DNA from: Candidatus Latescibacterota bacterium
GTDB lineage: Bacteria > Latescibacterota > UBA2968
NCBI GenBank assembly: GCA_965207885.1
Contig: OZ242311.1
Location: forward strand, 5,152,001-5,216,000
DNA: 64,000 nucleotides
Direction: 5' to 3'
A program made the translations under genes and the position numbers. Position 1 is the stretch's first letter. Each line of letters begins with the position of its first letter. The notes below the pieces were generated by a model. The model was given only the letters and a program-made list of their open reading frames with translations. It made no database searches and was not told the DNA's origin. This document shows, one piece after another, positions 1 to 8,813 of the stretch.

Positions 1-2
1 CG

Positions 3-995
3 CAGGTACCCGGCGGTGAGGATATTTTGTTCAACCACATCGACCGCGCACGTCAATTGTACGCAATGGGTTATGACCTGCCCAATCAACCGCCAGATGT
101 AGAATCGCTTGCGCGCGCTGAAACCGATCGTCCTCTTTTGCTTCGCAGCAATGCAAATGGCAACGTGGAACTGTCCTGGAGCGACGGTGCCGACGATGCG
201 GTACACCCGGATTATCCGGGCGGCGAGGCGCAGGATGTGGCCGGTTACAAAATTTATGGGAACACGGCGCTGATCCAGACAGATCCCGTGCAGCATGCTG
301 GCGCGCCTCTGGGCCCATGGAATCTAATCGCCAAGATTGAGGCAAAAGACCCGAGGTATTACGATGCATCCACCGGGATTTATACTTTTGCCGATGAGAA
401 CTCAATTACGGGATTCGGGTATCGGTATAATATCGTGACCTATGCCAACGGGCATGCGAACTGGGAGAACCTGAATGCGCAGAAAAATGCGATTTCAGGC
501 GCGCAAATGCCCGTCCCGACAACACTTGCAGATCTGCCCCCCGTGGTTCAAAACCACATCCGCGCGGGGACCGAGTCGAGCCATATTGTGACGGCTGCGC
601 GGCACAACACAGTCGGCGGTCAGTTTACACCCGTTGTGGCTGCCTCAGATGGATTCGACGCCTTAGATGAAAAAGTGCTCGTAGTGCCAAATCCGTGGAA
701 GGACGATGGATTACACTCCTTTGGGGCGCAGGGCGACAACAACAAGCGCATGCGGTTTACCAACCTGCCGCGTCTGGCCCGAATCTCGATTTTCACGGCT
801 GCGGGAGACCTGGTCATGGAAATAGTACACGATGGGACGCGCGGAGATCAGCACACGGCAGAAGTGAGCTGGACTCAACGGGCGCGTTCTGGCACGTCGT
901 ATGCATCTCCGGGGATTTATTTCTTCGCCGTAGAATCGCTGGTGCCCGGACAAGACGGCAAGGTTCAAACGGGCAGTTTTCTGATTATCCAGTAA
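3..995 (+). CDS. Secreted protein, C-terminal part, ending in a FlgD-Ig/T9SS type-A-like sorting domain (5' truncated by window edge)
   Basis: Frame is open from position 3. C-terminus VLVVPNPW...RMRFTNLP...ISIFTAAGDLV...W...SPGIYFFAVES...TGSFLIIQ matches the CTD pattern. Followed by a PorV/PorQ-like gene. Confidence 0.75.
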   Translation, partial: QVPGGEDILFNHIDRARQLYAMGYDLPNQPPDVESLARAETDRPLLLRSNANGNVELSWSDGADDAVHPDYPGGEAQDVAGYKIYGNTALIQTDPVQHAGAPLGPWNLIAKIEAKDPRYYDASTGIYTFADENSITGFGYRYNIVTYANGHANWENLNAQKNAISGAQMPVPTTLADLPPVVQNHIRAGTESSHIVTAARHNTVGGQFTPVVAASDGFDALDEKVLVVPNPWKDDGLHSFGAQGDNNKRMRFTNLPRLARISIFTAAGDLVMEIVHDGTRGDQHTAEVSWTQRARSGTSYASPGIYFFAVESLVPGQDGKVQTGSFLIIQ

Positions 996-1004
996 GACCG
1001 ACGG

Positions 1005-1032
1005 GAGGGGCGGGCGCTCTGTTCCGCCCCTC
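1005..1032 (+). other. Intergenic GC-rich hairpin (mRNA stabiliser or attenuator)
   Basis: GAGGGGCGG (1005-1013) pairs with CCGCCCCTC (1024-1032). No U-tract; RBS AAGGAG follows at 1041. Confidence 0.5.
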
Positions 1033-1053
1033 TACAAACAAAGGAGAGTAGAT

Positions 1054-2067
1054 GTGAAACGATTAACTATTTATACGATGCTCCTGGCCGTCGGGCTTTT
1101 GGGGTCAGACGCCTGGGCACAGCAATACCAGTTGCCGTCCGGCGTGCGCGCGGGTCAGCACCGGACAAAAGAGTTCCACGGAACCGGACGGGCATCGTTC
1201 CACTCGTTGAAGGTGGGGCAAAGCGCGCGGGCAGCAGGAATGGGCGATGCGTTTACAGCCGCAGCCGACGACATCAATGCGATGTTCTGGAACACGGCGG
1301 CATTGACCCACATCGAGCGGTTCGAATATGCCCTGGGATATACGAGCTGGATGGTAGATTCGAAATTTTTCAACGGTGCGGTAGCCTGGCGATACGGCCA
1401 GCAGACCTTTGGGCTATCGGTCATTCAGTTTGACGCGGGCACCTCTCGCGAGACCACGCCTATGGATCCGCAAGGGCGTTTCACGCGGGATATATCGGCC
1501 GGCGATATTTTCATAAACTTCGGTTATGCGTACAAGATGACGGATAAATTGTCGCTGGGTGCATCTGTAAAGTGGATTCAAGAGACACTGGACCAGGATA
1601 AGATCAACAGTGCCTCGTTTGATTTTTCCAGTGTTTTCTACACGGGATTTGGCAGTTCGCGCCTGGCCATGACGCTTCGGAACTTCGGCAAAGACCAGGA
1701 ACTGGTGATTCCCGGTTCTCTCCCACAGGGCACTTCGATTGCCCAGCCCTTGATCTACACCATCGCCCTGGCAATGGAGCCTTATGGACGCAAGGGAGAC
1801 CCCACGTATCTGACCGTGGCAGCAGAACTCGTACACCACATTGACGACCGCGAGCGCTGGCACGTGGGCGGCGAATTGTGGGTAGCCAACACGCTGGCAC
1901 TGCGGGCCGGTTACCGGGGGCGTTACGACCTGGGGACCTGGACAGTGGGCGGCGGCGTCCAAAAGGATTTGGGCGTAGGGCGGAGGATCGGCGTCGATTT
2001 TGCATATATAAGTTTCGGCCATTTATTTGATCCGCCCCTGCGCGTATCCATAACCGGATCGTTCTAA
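1054..2067 (+). CDS. PorV/PorQ (UPF0164)-family outer-membrane beta-barrel
   Basis: Signal peptide; SARAAGMGDAFTAAADDINAMFWNTAAL motif; amphipathic strands; C-terminal Phe; GTG start after AAGGAG. Confidence 0.85.
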   Translation: MKRLTIYTMLLAVGLLGSDAWAQQYQLPSGVRAGQHRTKEFHGTGRASFHSLKVGQSARAAGMGDAFTAAADDINAMFWNTAALTHIERFEYALGYTSWMVDSKFFNGAVAWRYGQQTFGLSVIQFDAGTSRETTPMDPQGRFTRDISAGDIFINFGYAYKMTDKLSLGASVKWIQETLDQDKINSASFDFSSVFYTGFGSSRLAMTLRNFGKDQELVIPGSLPQGTSIAQPLIYTIALAMEPYGRKGDPTYLTVAAELVHHIDDRERWHVGGELWVANTLALRAGYRGRYDLGTWTVGGGVQKDLGVGRRIGVDFAYISFGHLFDPPLRVSITGSF

Positions 2068-2082
2068 CGGACGCTCCAAAAC

Positions 2083-2127
2083 AAAAAAACGACCGGTGGG
2101 TTTCTCTACTCATCGGTCGTTTTTTTT
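2083..2127 (+). terminator. Rho-independent terminator, probably bidirectional
   Basis: AAAAAAACGACCGGTGGGT-loop-ACTCATCGGTCGTTTTTTTT immediately after the PorV-like stop codon. Confidence 0.85.
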
Positions 2128-2183
2128 GAGTTGTGTATCTGCGCCAGACCTCTTCCCGTCACAAAAACAGATGGGAGAAACCC

Positions 2184-2212
2184 TTGATTTTATCCCACAA
2201 AGAAAATATCAT
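2184..2212 (+). promoter_or_regulatory. Sigma70-like promoter for the DUF4920-ABC operon
   Basis: TTGATT-17 nt-TATCAT, 40 nt upstream of ATG 2253. Confidence 0.45.
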
Positions 2213-2252
2213 CTCATATGGCAGGCGTCACGCAAAAACTGGGGATATATAG

Positions 2253-2648
2253 ATGCGTCTGTATCTGCTACTCCTGGTCCTGATAATTGGATGCGATTCC
2301 GAAAAAGTGCATCAAGTGGGCGAAGCCGTACCCGCCAATCGCGCGACCCGGATCAAAGAAATCCTGGATCGTCCAGCCGCATTTTTGGAACAGCGAGTCG
2401 TGCTATCGGGCCGCGTGGGACAGGTATGCCAGCACATGGGATGCTGGTTTGTACTACAGGACAACACGCAACATATACTGATTGACCTGGAACAGGGGCG
2501 GACCATAACCGTCCCGCGCAATATCTCTGGCGACTCCCTGCGCGTCGTGGGCGTCGTAAAACGCATCGCAGGCGATCTGCGCCTGATGGGAAAAGGCGTG
2601 GAAATCCATCGCAAAAGGGCAAAGATTTGGTCATTTTTCAATTTATAA
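2253..2648 (+). CDS. DUF4920-like OB-fold lipoprotein
   Basis: Lipobox-like LIIGC; V.LSG.V.QVCQHMGCWF motif typical of DUF4920. Confidence 0.7.
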   Translation: MRLYLLLLVLIIGCDSEKVHQVGEAVPANRATRIKEILDRPAAFLEQRVVLSGRVGQVCQHMGCWFVLQDNTQHILIDLEQGRTITVPRNISGDSLRVVGVVKRIAGDLRLMGKGVEIHRKRAKIWSFFNL

Positions 2649-3796
2649 GCATCGTCCTGAAAGAACTGCAGCGACACCGCACGCGAAGTGCTCTAACCAT
2701 AAGCGGAGTAGCCCTATCCGTATGCGTACTCGTCAGCCTCCTGGGCCTGGGAACCGGATACCGCACATCCCTCATCCACAGCATTGACCGCCTGGGTTAT
2801 CACGTACTGGTCACCTCAAAAGGATGCCCCTACGAAGCCGCGACCCTGTTGATGCAAGGTGGGGTAATACCGATGTACATGGATGAAGCCATCCACCGGG
2901 AAATCCTTCAAGACGCCGATGTAGCGACCACGACCCGGTTATTCCTCGGATCGCTTCCCGTACACCGGGAGGGATTTTCCCTGATAACGGGAATAGAAAA
3001 CAGCTTTCTAAAAATGAAACCCTGGCTCACCTTCCAGCGGGGTGAGTGGTTCAACGAAAGCGCGACCGATGAGGTAATACTCGGCTACAGCGTAGCGGCG
3101 TATTATCGAAAAACTATCGGGGACGATTTTCCACTCAAAGGACTGGGACAAACATTCCGCGTACGCGGGATTTTTGACCGCAGCGGAACGCAGGACGACG
3201 GCACCATCTTCGTGCCGCTTGGGGTAGCGCAGCGCCTCTTCGACAAAAAGGAGAAACTCACAGGCATCGGCGTAAAATTAAAAGACCTGTCCAGAATAGA
3301 CGGATTTTCGGAACGCGTATTCGAAATACCCTCGGTACAGGTTATCACCATGGCGCAGGTCCAGCGAACCCTTCTCGACCTCCTGGGCACGGCGCGATTT
3401 TTCATCGGAACAGTCACCATCGTAGCCGTGGCAATTGCAGTACTCGGCGTAATGAACACCATGCTAATCGCAGTCTTTGAGCGAACGCGAGAAATCGGCG
3501 TAATGCGAGCAATTGGCGCATCCCGGGGCGATGTATTTGCATTGATCTGTGCAGAGGCACTGATAATCTGCACCATAGGCGGAATCGCAGGTGGCGGAAT
3601 CGCGGTCCTGGGCAGCCGCCTGGCATCTGAAGCCGTGCGCGCAATCCTACCATTTGCCCCCCCAGGCGCACTGGTGCAAATTGATGGCGTACTACTAATC
3701 GGCGGGATTGCAATGGCAATCGGCATGGGCATACTCGCCGGGATCATACCGGGATGGCGGGCTTCCCGCCTGCATCCCATTGCGTGGATGCGCTGA
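2627..3796 (+). CDS. MacB/FtsX-family ABC transporter permease
   Basis: RTRSALTISGVA N-terminal TM, periplasmic domain, NTMLIAVFERTREIGVMRAIGA, C-terminal PGWRASRLHP. Confidence 0.9.
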   Translation: MVIFQFISIVLKELQRHRTRSALTISGVALSVCVLVSLLGLGTGYRTSLIHSIDRLGYHVLVTSKGCPYEAATLLMQGGVIPMYMDEAIHREILQDADVATTTRLFLGSLPVHREGFSLITGIENSFLKMKPWLTFQRGEWFNESATDEVILGYSVAAYYRKTIGDDFPLKGLGQTFRVRGIFDRSGTQDDGTIFVPLGVAQRLFDKKEKLTGIGVKLKDLSRIDGFSERVFEIPSVQVITMAQVQRTLLDLLGTARFFIGTVTIVAVAIAVLGVMNTMLIAVFERTREIGVMRAIGASRGDVFALICAEALIICTIGGIAGGGIAVLGSRLASEAVRAILPFAPPGALVQIDGVLLIGGIAMAIGMGILAGIIPGWRASRLHPIAWMR

Positions 3797-3797
3797 A

Positions 3798-4460
3798 ATG
3801 TCGGCTATTCTCGCACAGGGACTCACGCGGATATACCGCCGTTCAGCTGAAGAAATCGCAGCATTATTCGGTGCAGACCTGATCGTAGAACCCGGCGAAT
3901 TTGTAGCCATCACAGGCGCGTCGGGCGCGGGAAAAACAACCCTATTAAACCTTCTGGGCTGTCTGGACCGCCCCACATCGGGCCTCTTGAAATTGCTGGA
4001 TCGAGACGTGAGTACTTTGCGAGGCAAAGACCTGGAAACCATGCGTCGGCAACACGTGGGATTCGTATTTCAAGACTATTGCCTGGTACCCACATTGACC
4101 GTCGAAGAAAATGTGGCACTCCCCCTCCTCTTTTCCCGCGCACTGCATCAACGCGACCGGATAAGGGACTTGCTGGCGCACGTGGATTTGCAGCACCGAT
4201 CAGATCACCTGCCCCGCGAACTATCGGGGGGTGAACAGCAACGGGTAGCCATTGCACGCGCACTCGTAAACAACCCCGAGATCTTGCTCGCAGACGAACC
4301 GACTGGTAACCTGGATTCAAAACGAGGAAATGAGATTGTGACATTATTGCGAAATATGAACCACACCGAGGGAGTGACAATCGTGCTATCCACGCACAAC
4401 CTGGATCTGGCAAATCGAGCAGACCGCCAGATAAAACTCGTAGATGGACGGGTGGTCTGA
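3798..4460 (+). CDS. ABC transporter ATP-binding protein (LolD/MacB type)
   Basis: Walker A GASGAGKT, signature LSGGEQQR, Walker B LLADEPTGNLD; ATG 3798 directly follows the permease stop. Confidence 0.92.
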   Translation: MSAILAQGLTRIYRRSAEEIAALFGADLIVEPGEFVAITGASGAGKTTLLNLLGCLDRPTSGLLKLLDRDVSTLRGKDLETMRRQHVGFVFQDYCLVPTLTVEENVALPLLFSRALHQRDRIRDLLAHVDLQHRSDHLPRELSGGEQQRVAIARALVNNPEILLADEPTGNLDSKRGNEIVTLLRNMNHTEGVTIVLSTHNLDLANRADRQIKLVDGRVV

Positions 4461-4461
4461 C

Positions 4462-6840
4462 ATGATTGTAATCCTTCTGCTGCTGATTGTCCTGTCAATC
4501 GGATGCGGTGAGCGAAAAACTCCTTCTCCGGGCATGCGGATGGATTATACCACGCATCTCCAGCAAGGAATAGAAAGCATGCGGCGGGCGCAGCACGAAG
4601 CTGCCGAAGCCGAGTTCCGCCGATGTATTCAAATCGACTCGACGCAAAGCGCGGCCTATCTCCACCTGGGCAAAGTACTCGCAATCCAAAACCGCTCCGA
4701 AGCGGTAACTGCGTTTGAGCGAGCAGTAGCCCGCAATCCGGATGCAGTCGAGGCGCGAACCTGGCTCGCGAGGCTTTACCGATCACAAAGAGAACCCGCC
4801 CGCGCAGCAGCGCAATTTGAAGCAGCTCTCATAAAACAACCCCTGATGCTGGACGTGCGAAAAGAATACGTCACCTGGTTGCTGGGCGGGGAAACCATCT
4901 GGTTTGAAAATCAGAAAATGGGAAGCAGCGGACAAATCATGCCCCTGAACGACTCCCGCATCTTGCTGGAACGCGCATTTCACCATGCCGATAAATTATC
5001 CGATAACGCCATAAACGATGCAGAAGCGCGCTATCTGGCTGGCCTCGCCCTTCTGAGAATGGGGGATTACGAAGCGGCAATTGAACGCTTGAAAGTAGCG
5101 ATGCAAATGCAAAAAGACCGCCTGGATCTCCGCGTACCGGATCGGATGGGCGTAGCCTATTACCGCGCGGGACACTATCGAAAATCAGCCGAAACATTCT
5201 TAAATTTGTTGCGCGCCCTGCCGGAAACAGACGAATGGTTTTTCCGCACCCAGTGGAATCTGAAACAAGCCTATGACAAACTCGGCGGTTATCCCTGGTC
5301 GTTGTGGTCTTATTATCGTTTCGACCAGCGCCCCGAATCCACAGATACCCCCCAGCCCGTGCGCTTTACAGATGTGGCCCGCGACATGGGCGTAGCCAAA
5401 TTGGACGGAGCCGGGCCGAGTGCCTGGGGAGATATCGACGGCGACGGTGACCTGGATCTGCTGGCGCAGGGATGCGACACGTACCTCGCATTTTACCGCA
5501 ACGATGGAACGCAATTTGTGGATATCAGCAACCACATCGGCCTGAAAGACGTGGATTCGGGATTCTCGGGAAATCTCGTCGATTACGACAACGATGGCGA
5601 CCTGGACCTCTACATCGCCCGCAGCGGGTGGTCCGGCCCCGGCTCAAACGCGCTCTACCGCAATGATGGCGGCCAATTCACCGATGTATCCGCGGCTTCG
5701 GGCACAAATGACGAGGGATCGGGATTTGTCTCCCTATGGGGCGATACGGACAACGATGGCAACCTGGATTTATTTATCGCAAATGGCATTGCCGGAGACG
5801 GATCCTCAAACGCACACTACCGCAACAATGGAAACGGAACATTTGTCGAAACCACAAACGAAGCGGGCCTTCATTTTGACCTGGGCACGGTAGGTGCGGC
5901 CTTTGGCGATTACGACTTAGACGGAGACCTGGACCTCTTTGTAACCGGCTTTGAGACGCCCAATGCCCTGTATCGAAATCGCGGCGACGGAACATTTGTC
6001 GATGTCGCACGGGCTTCCAACGTCGCCGGAAGCGGCACCCTTCGAGGCTATGTATCGTTCTTCTTCGACTACGACAACGACGGCGATCTGGATATCCTGA
6101 CCACCTGCCTTGCCGGATTCAAAGAGAGCTTAGAAGGCCAGCGGATCGGCTATACCGCACCCACCGACCCGGCCTATCCAACGCCCAAGCTATACCGAAA
6201 CGAGGGACCGATCGAAGGCTGGCGCTTCACAGATGTATCCTACGAAGCGGGATTCATCTATGCCCACGGCGTGATGGGCGGCAATGTGGGAGATATAGAT
6301 AACGACGGGTACCTGGACGTGTACTTCGGGACGGGCGATCCGGACCTGGGACGCCTGGAACCAAACCGGTTTTATCGCAACAACGGGAACGGGACCTTTA
6401 CCGACCTGACCGAATACGCGGGAATGGGACACCTGGGCAAAGGACACGGCATCACATTTGCCGATTACGACGCAGATGGCGACCTGGATGTGTACGCACC
6501 GCAAGGCGGATGGTACCACGGAGACCTATTCGAAAACGCGCTTTACCGCAACGAGTCGGAAAATCAGAATCGCTGGTTACAGATCACACTTCAAGGACGT
6601 CAAAGCAACCGATCAGGCATAGGCGCAAAATTGCGCCTGACAGTGGGAAACCGCACCCTATTCCGGGAGGTACCCGGAAGCGTCGGATTCGGGTCAACCG
6701 ACCCCTATGCAATCCATTTTGGACTGGGAGATGCCGACCGCGCAACGCGCCTAAAAGTGATCTGGCCCAGCGGAACAGTGCAGGTCGTAGAAGACCTGCC
6801 CGCAGGACAAATTGTGAATATTACAGAACCCATGCCCTGA
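4462..6840 (+). CDS. TPR + FG-GAP repeat + ASPIC/UnbV (CRTAC1-family) lipoprotein
   Basis: Lipobox LSIGC; N-terminal TPRs; repeated DxDxDGDLD Ca-binding motifs; C-terminal SNRSGIGAK...HFGLGDA...VIWPSG. Confidence 0.88.
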   Translation: MIVILLLLIVLSIGCGERKTPSPGMRMDYTTHLQQGIESMRRAQHEAAEAEFRRCIQIDSTQSAAYLHLGKVLAIQNRSEAVTAFERAVARNPDAVEARTWLARLYRSQREPARAAAQFEAALIKQPLMLDVRKEYVTWLLGGETIWFENQKMGSSGQIMPLNDSRILLERAFHHADKLSDNAINDAEARYLAGLALLRMGDYEAAIERLKVAMQMQKDRLDLRVPDRMGVAYYRAGHYRKSAETFLNLLRALPETDEWFFRTQWNLKQAYDKLGGYPWSLWSYYRFDQRPESTDTPQPVRFTDVARDMGVAKLDGAGPSAWGDIDGDGDLDLLAQGCDTYLAFYRNDGTQFVDISNHIGLKDVDSGFSGNLVDYDNDGDLDLYIARSGWSGPGSNALYRNDGGQFTDVSAASGTNDEGSGFVSLWGDTDNDGNLDLFIANGIAGDGSSNAHYRNNGNGTFVETTNEAGLHFDLGTVGAAFGDYDLDGDLDLFVTGFETPNALYRNRGDGTFVDVARASNVAGSGTLRGYVSFFFDYDNDGDLDILTTCLAGFKESLEGQRIGYTAPTDPAYPTPKLYRNEGPIEGWRFTDVSYEAGFIYAHGVMGGNVGDIDNDGYLDVYFGTGDPDLGRLEPNRFYRNNGNGTFTDLTEYAGMGHLGKGHGITFADYDADGDLDVYAPQGGWYHGDLFENALYRNESENQNRWLQITLQGRQSNRSGIGAKLRLTVGNRTLFREVPGSVGFGSTDPYAIHFGLGDADRATRLKVIWPSGTVQVVEDLPAGQIVNITEPMP

Positions 6841-6858
6841 GAAATGGGGTTTGCGAAC

Positions 6859-8811
6859 ATGGCTTCGGCACCGGAACCTGAAAAAAAAGCATCAACAGCA
6901 TCTGAATCGCTCACCATTCGGGCTTTTGTACTGGGGCTGATCACAATTGCGGGCATGTGTTTGTACGCAACCTACTTCGGGCGAAATTTGATGAAAAGCT
7001 TCGTGCCCGTCACCGCGTTGCTACCACTGGTATTGTGGGTGGGAATCAACACAGTTTTAAAGCTAATTTTGCCTCGCTTTGCCCTGTCGCGCACAGAGGT
7101 AATGGTGATTTTCGGAATGGTCTGGATGGTGGGTACTGCACCGGCAGTGGGCTGGGCCGGGTACTTGATTACAGATATTTCAGCACCCTCTGCTTTTTCT
7201 TCACCGGAAAACCGATTCTGGGAGGTCGTGGGAGCCTATATGCCCCGCTGGCTGTTTTTTGAACCGGGAGATATGGTGGTAGAAAAGCTGTACGTAGGAC
7301 TGGGATCAGAGGAACCGATTCCGTGGCGCAACTGGCTAACCCCGCTGTTCTGGTGGTTTGCCGGAACTGTGGCACTGGTAATGGCTGGTTTTTTTGCCAG
7401 CGTGTTGTTTTACAAACAGTGGGTGGAGCGGGAACGGCTGACATTTCCCCTGGCGACAATGCCCCTGGAACTGCTTCGGGAAGAACCCGCACACCGATTG
7501 CCGGTCGTATTCCGAACGCCCGTTTTCTGGATGGGTTTTGCGTGTACAGCAGGTGTGATCTTCTGGAATATTGCCGGGTATTTTATTCTGACAATTCCGC
7601 GCATTGGGATCTACGATCACTATTTGACCAAAGCCGTACACATCGGGCGCGATTTTCCGACCTTATACCTGAGGATTCAGCCCCTTTTGATGGGATTGGC
7701 CTACCTGTGTCCGCTAAATATACTGCTGAGCGTGTGGACTTTTTTTGTGCTCAATATTTTCAAACAAGCACTGATGGATAGAACGGGATTTACAGTGGGC
7801 ATGCAGGGACAGGCGGCAACCTCGGGAGAAATACGGATGCTGGAGGCGCACGGCGCACTGGTATTTCTCGTGATCTGGTCGGTCTGGGTAGCTAGAGGAC
7901 ATCTAAAAGAAACCCTGCAAAAGGCATTATCAGACGACCGGAGCAAAGACGATGGAACGCCCGTAACCTACCGCACGGCCTGGCTGGGATTCGGCGCGGC
8001 ATTTGCATTTCTCACAGGCTGGATGATATCTCTGGACATGCGACCCGTCGCGGCACTGCTACAGCTTTCACTGTTTTTCGTGATCTACTTTGGCGTGACC
8101 AAATACGCGGCAGCCACGGGATTCGTATTTCTATCACCCCAGGGACAGAAAGGAGGACCAATACTCAAGACACTCCTGGGAACAGCCAATTTTTCCCCCT
8201 CCGACCTGACGGGGATAATGGTGTTAAACCGCGGCGGACTGGCCGCGCATTCGGGGCGGATGCTGTCGATACCGGCCATTCCACATTTTTTTCGACTATT
8301 GCAACAAGCCCTGAAGCGCCGTTTTCTGGTCGTATGTGCTCTGCCCATCTCTCTGCTTGCCGCCTTTGCCGTAGCCTGTGGTGCCCAGCTTTATTTGTGT
8401 TATACAGAGGGCGGCCTAAACGCAGCCTATATGTACGATTGGACCGTAATGCTGAGGCAGGTAGGCATAATTGAGGGGACAGAACCCACATATTTTGACT
8501 TTCAGAAACTGTTGGTCTGGCTATTCGGAGTCGGAGAAGCGGGCCTGCTGACAGTCTTGAATACCCGGTTCGCCTCCTGGCCGATTCACCCTGTGGGACT
8601 CGCCTTCCCGAGTCATACGTACGGATTCGCTATTTTTGTCGTATGGCTCGTCAAAGCACTGACCCTCAAATTTGGGGGCGTAGTGCTCTACCGGCGATCA
8701 ATGCCCTTTTCCTATGGAATAGTAGTGGGATACCTGTTGGGCGTGGGGACATCAAGTGTCGTGGATGCGATCTGGTTTCCCGGAAGTGGACACTTTGTAC
8801 ACGGGTGGTAA
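6859..8811 (+). CDS. DUF6785/DUF6784 polytopic membrane protein (putative transporter)
   Basis: Many TM segments; IPWRNWLTPLFWW, KQWVERERLTFPL and WPIHPVGL motifs. Alternative start 6844. Confidence 0.75.
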   Translation: MASAPEPEKKASTASESLTIRAFVLGLITIAGMCLYATYFGRNLMKSFVPVTALLPLVLWVGINTVLKLILPRFALSRTEVMVIFGMVWMVGTAPAVGWAGYLITDISAPSAFSSPENRFWEVVGAYMPRWLFFEPGDMVVEKLYVGLGSEEPIPWRNWLTPLFWWFAGTVALVMAGFFASVLFYKQWVERERLTFPLATMPLELLREEPAHRLPVVFRTPVFWMGFACTAGVIFWNIAGYFILTIPRIGIYDHYLTKAVHIGRDFPTLYLRIQPLLMGLAYLCPLNILLSVWTFFVLNIFKQALMDRTGFTVGMQGQAATSGEIRMLEAHGALVFLVIWSVWVARGHLKETLQKALSDDRSKDDGTPVTYRTAWLGFGAAFAFLTGWMISLDMRPVAALLQLSLFFVIYFGVTKYAAATGFVFLSPQGQKGGPILKTLLGTANFSPSDLTGIMVLNRGGLAAHSGRMLSIPAIPHFFRLLQQALKRRFLVVCALPISLLAAFAVACGAQLYLCYTEGGLNAAYMYDWTVMLRQVGIIEGTEPTYFDFQKLLVWLFGVGEAGLLTVLNTRFASWPIHPVGLAFPSHTYGFAIFVVWLVKALTLKFGGVVLYRRSMPFSYGIVVGYLLGVGTSSVVDAIWFPGSGHFVHGW

Positions 8812-8813
8812 GC

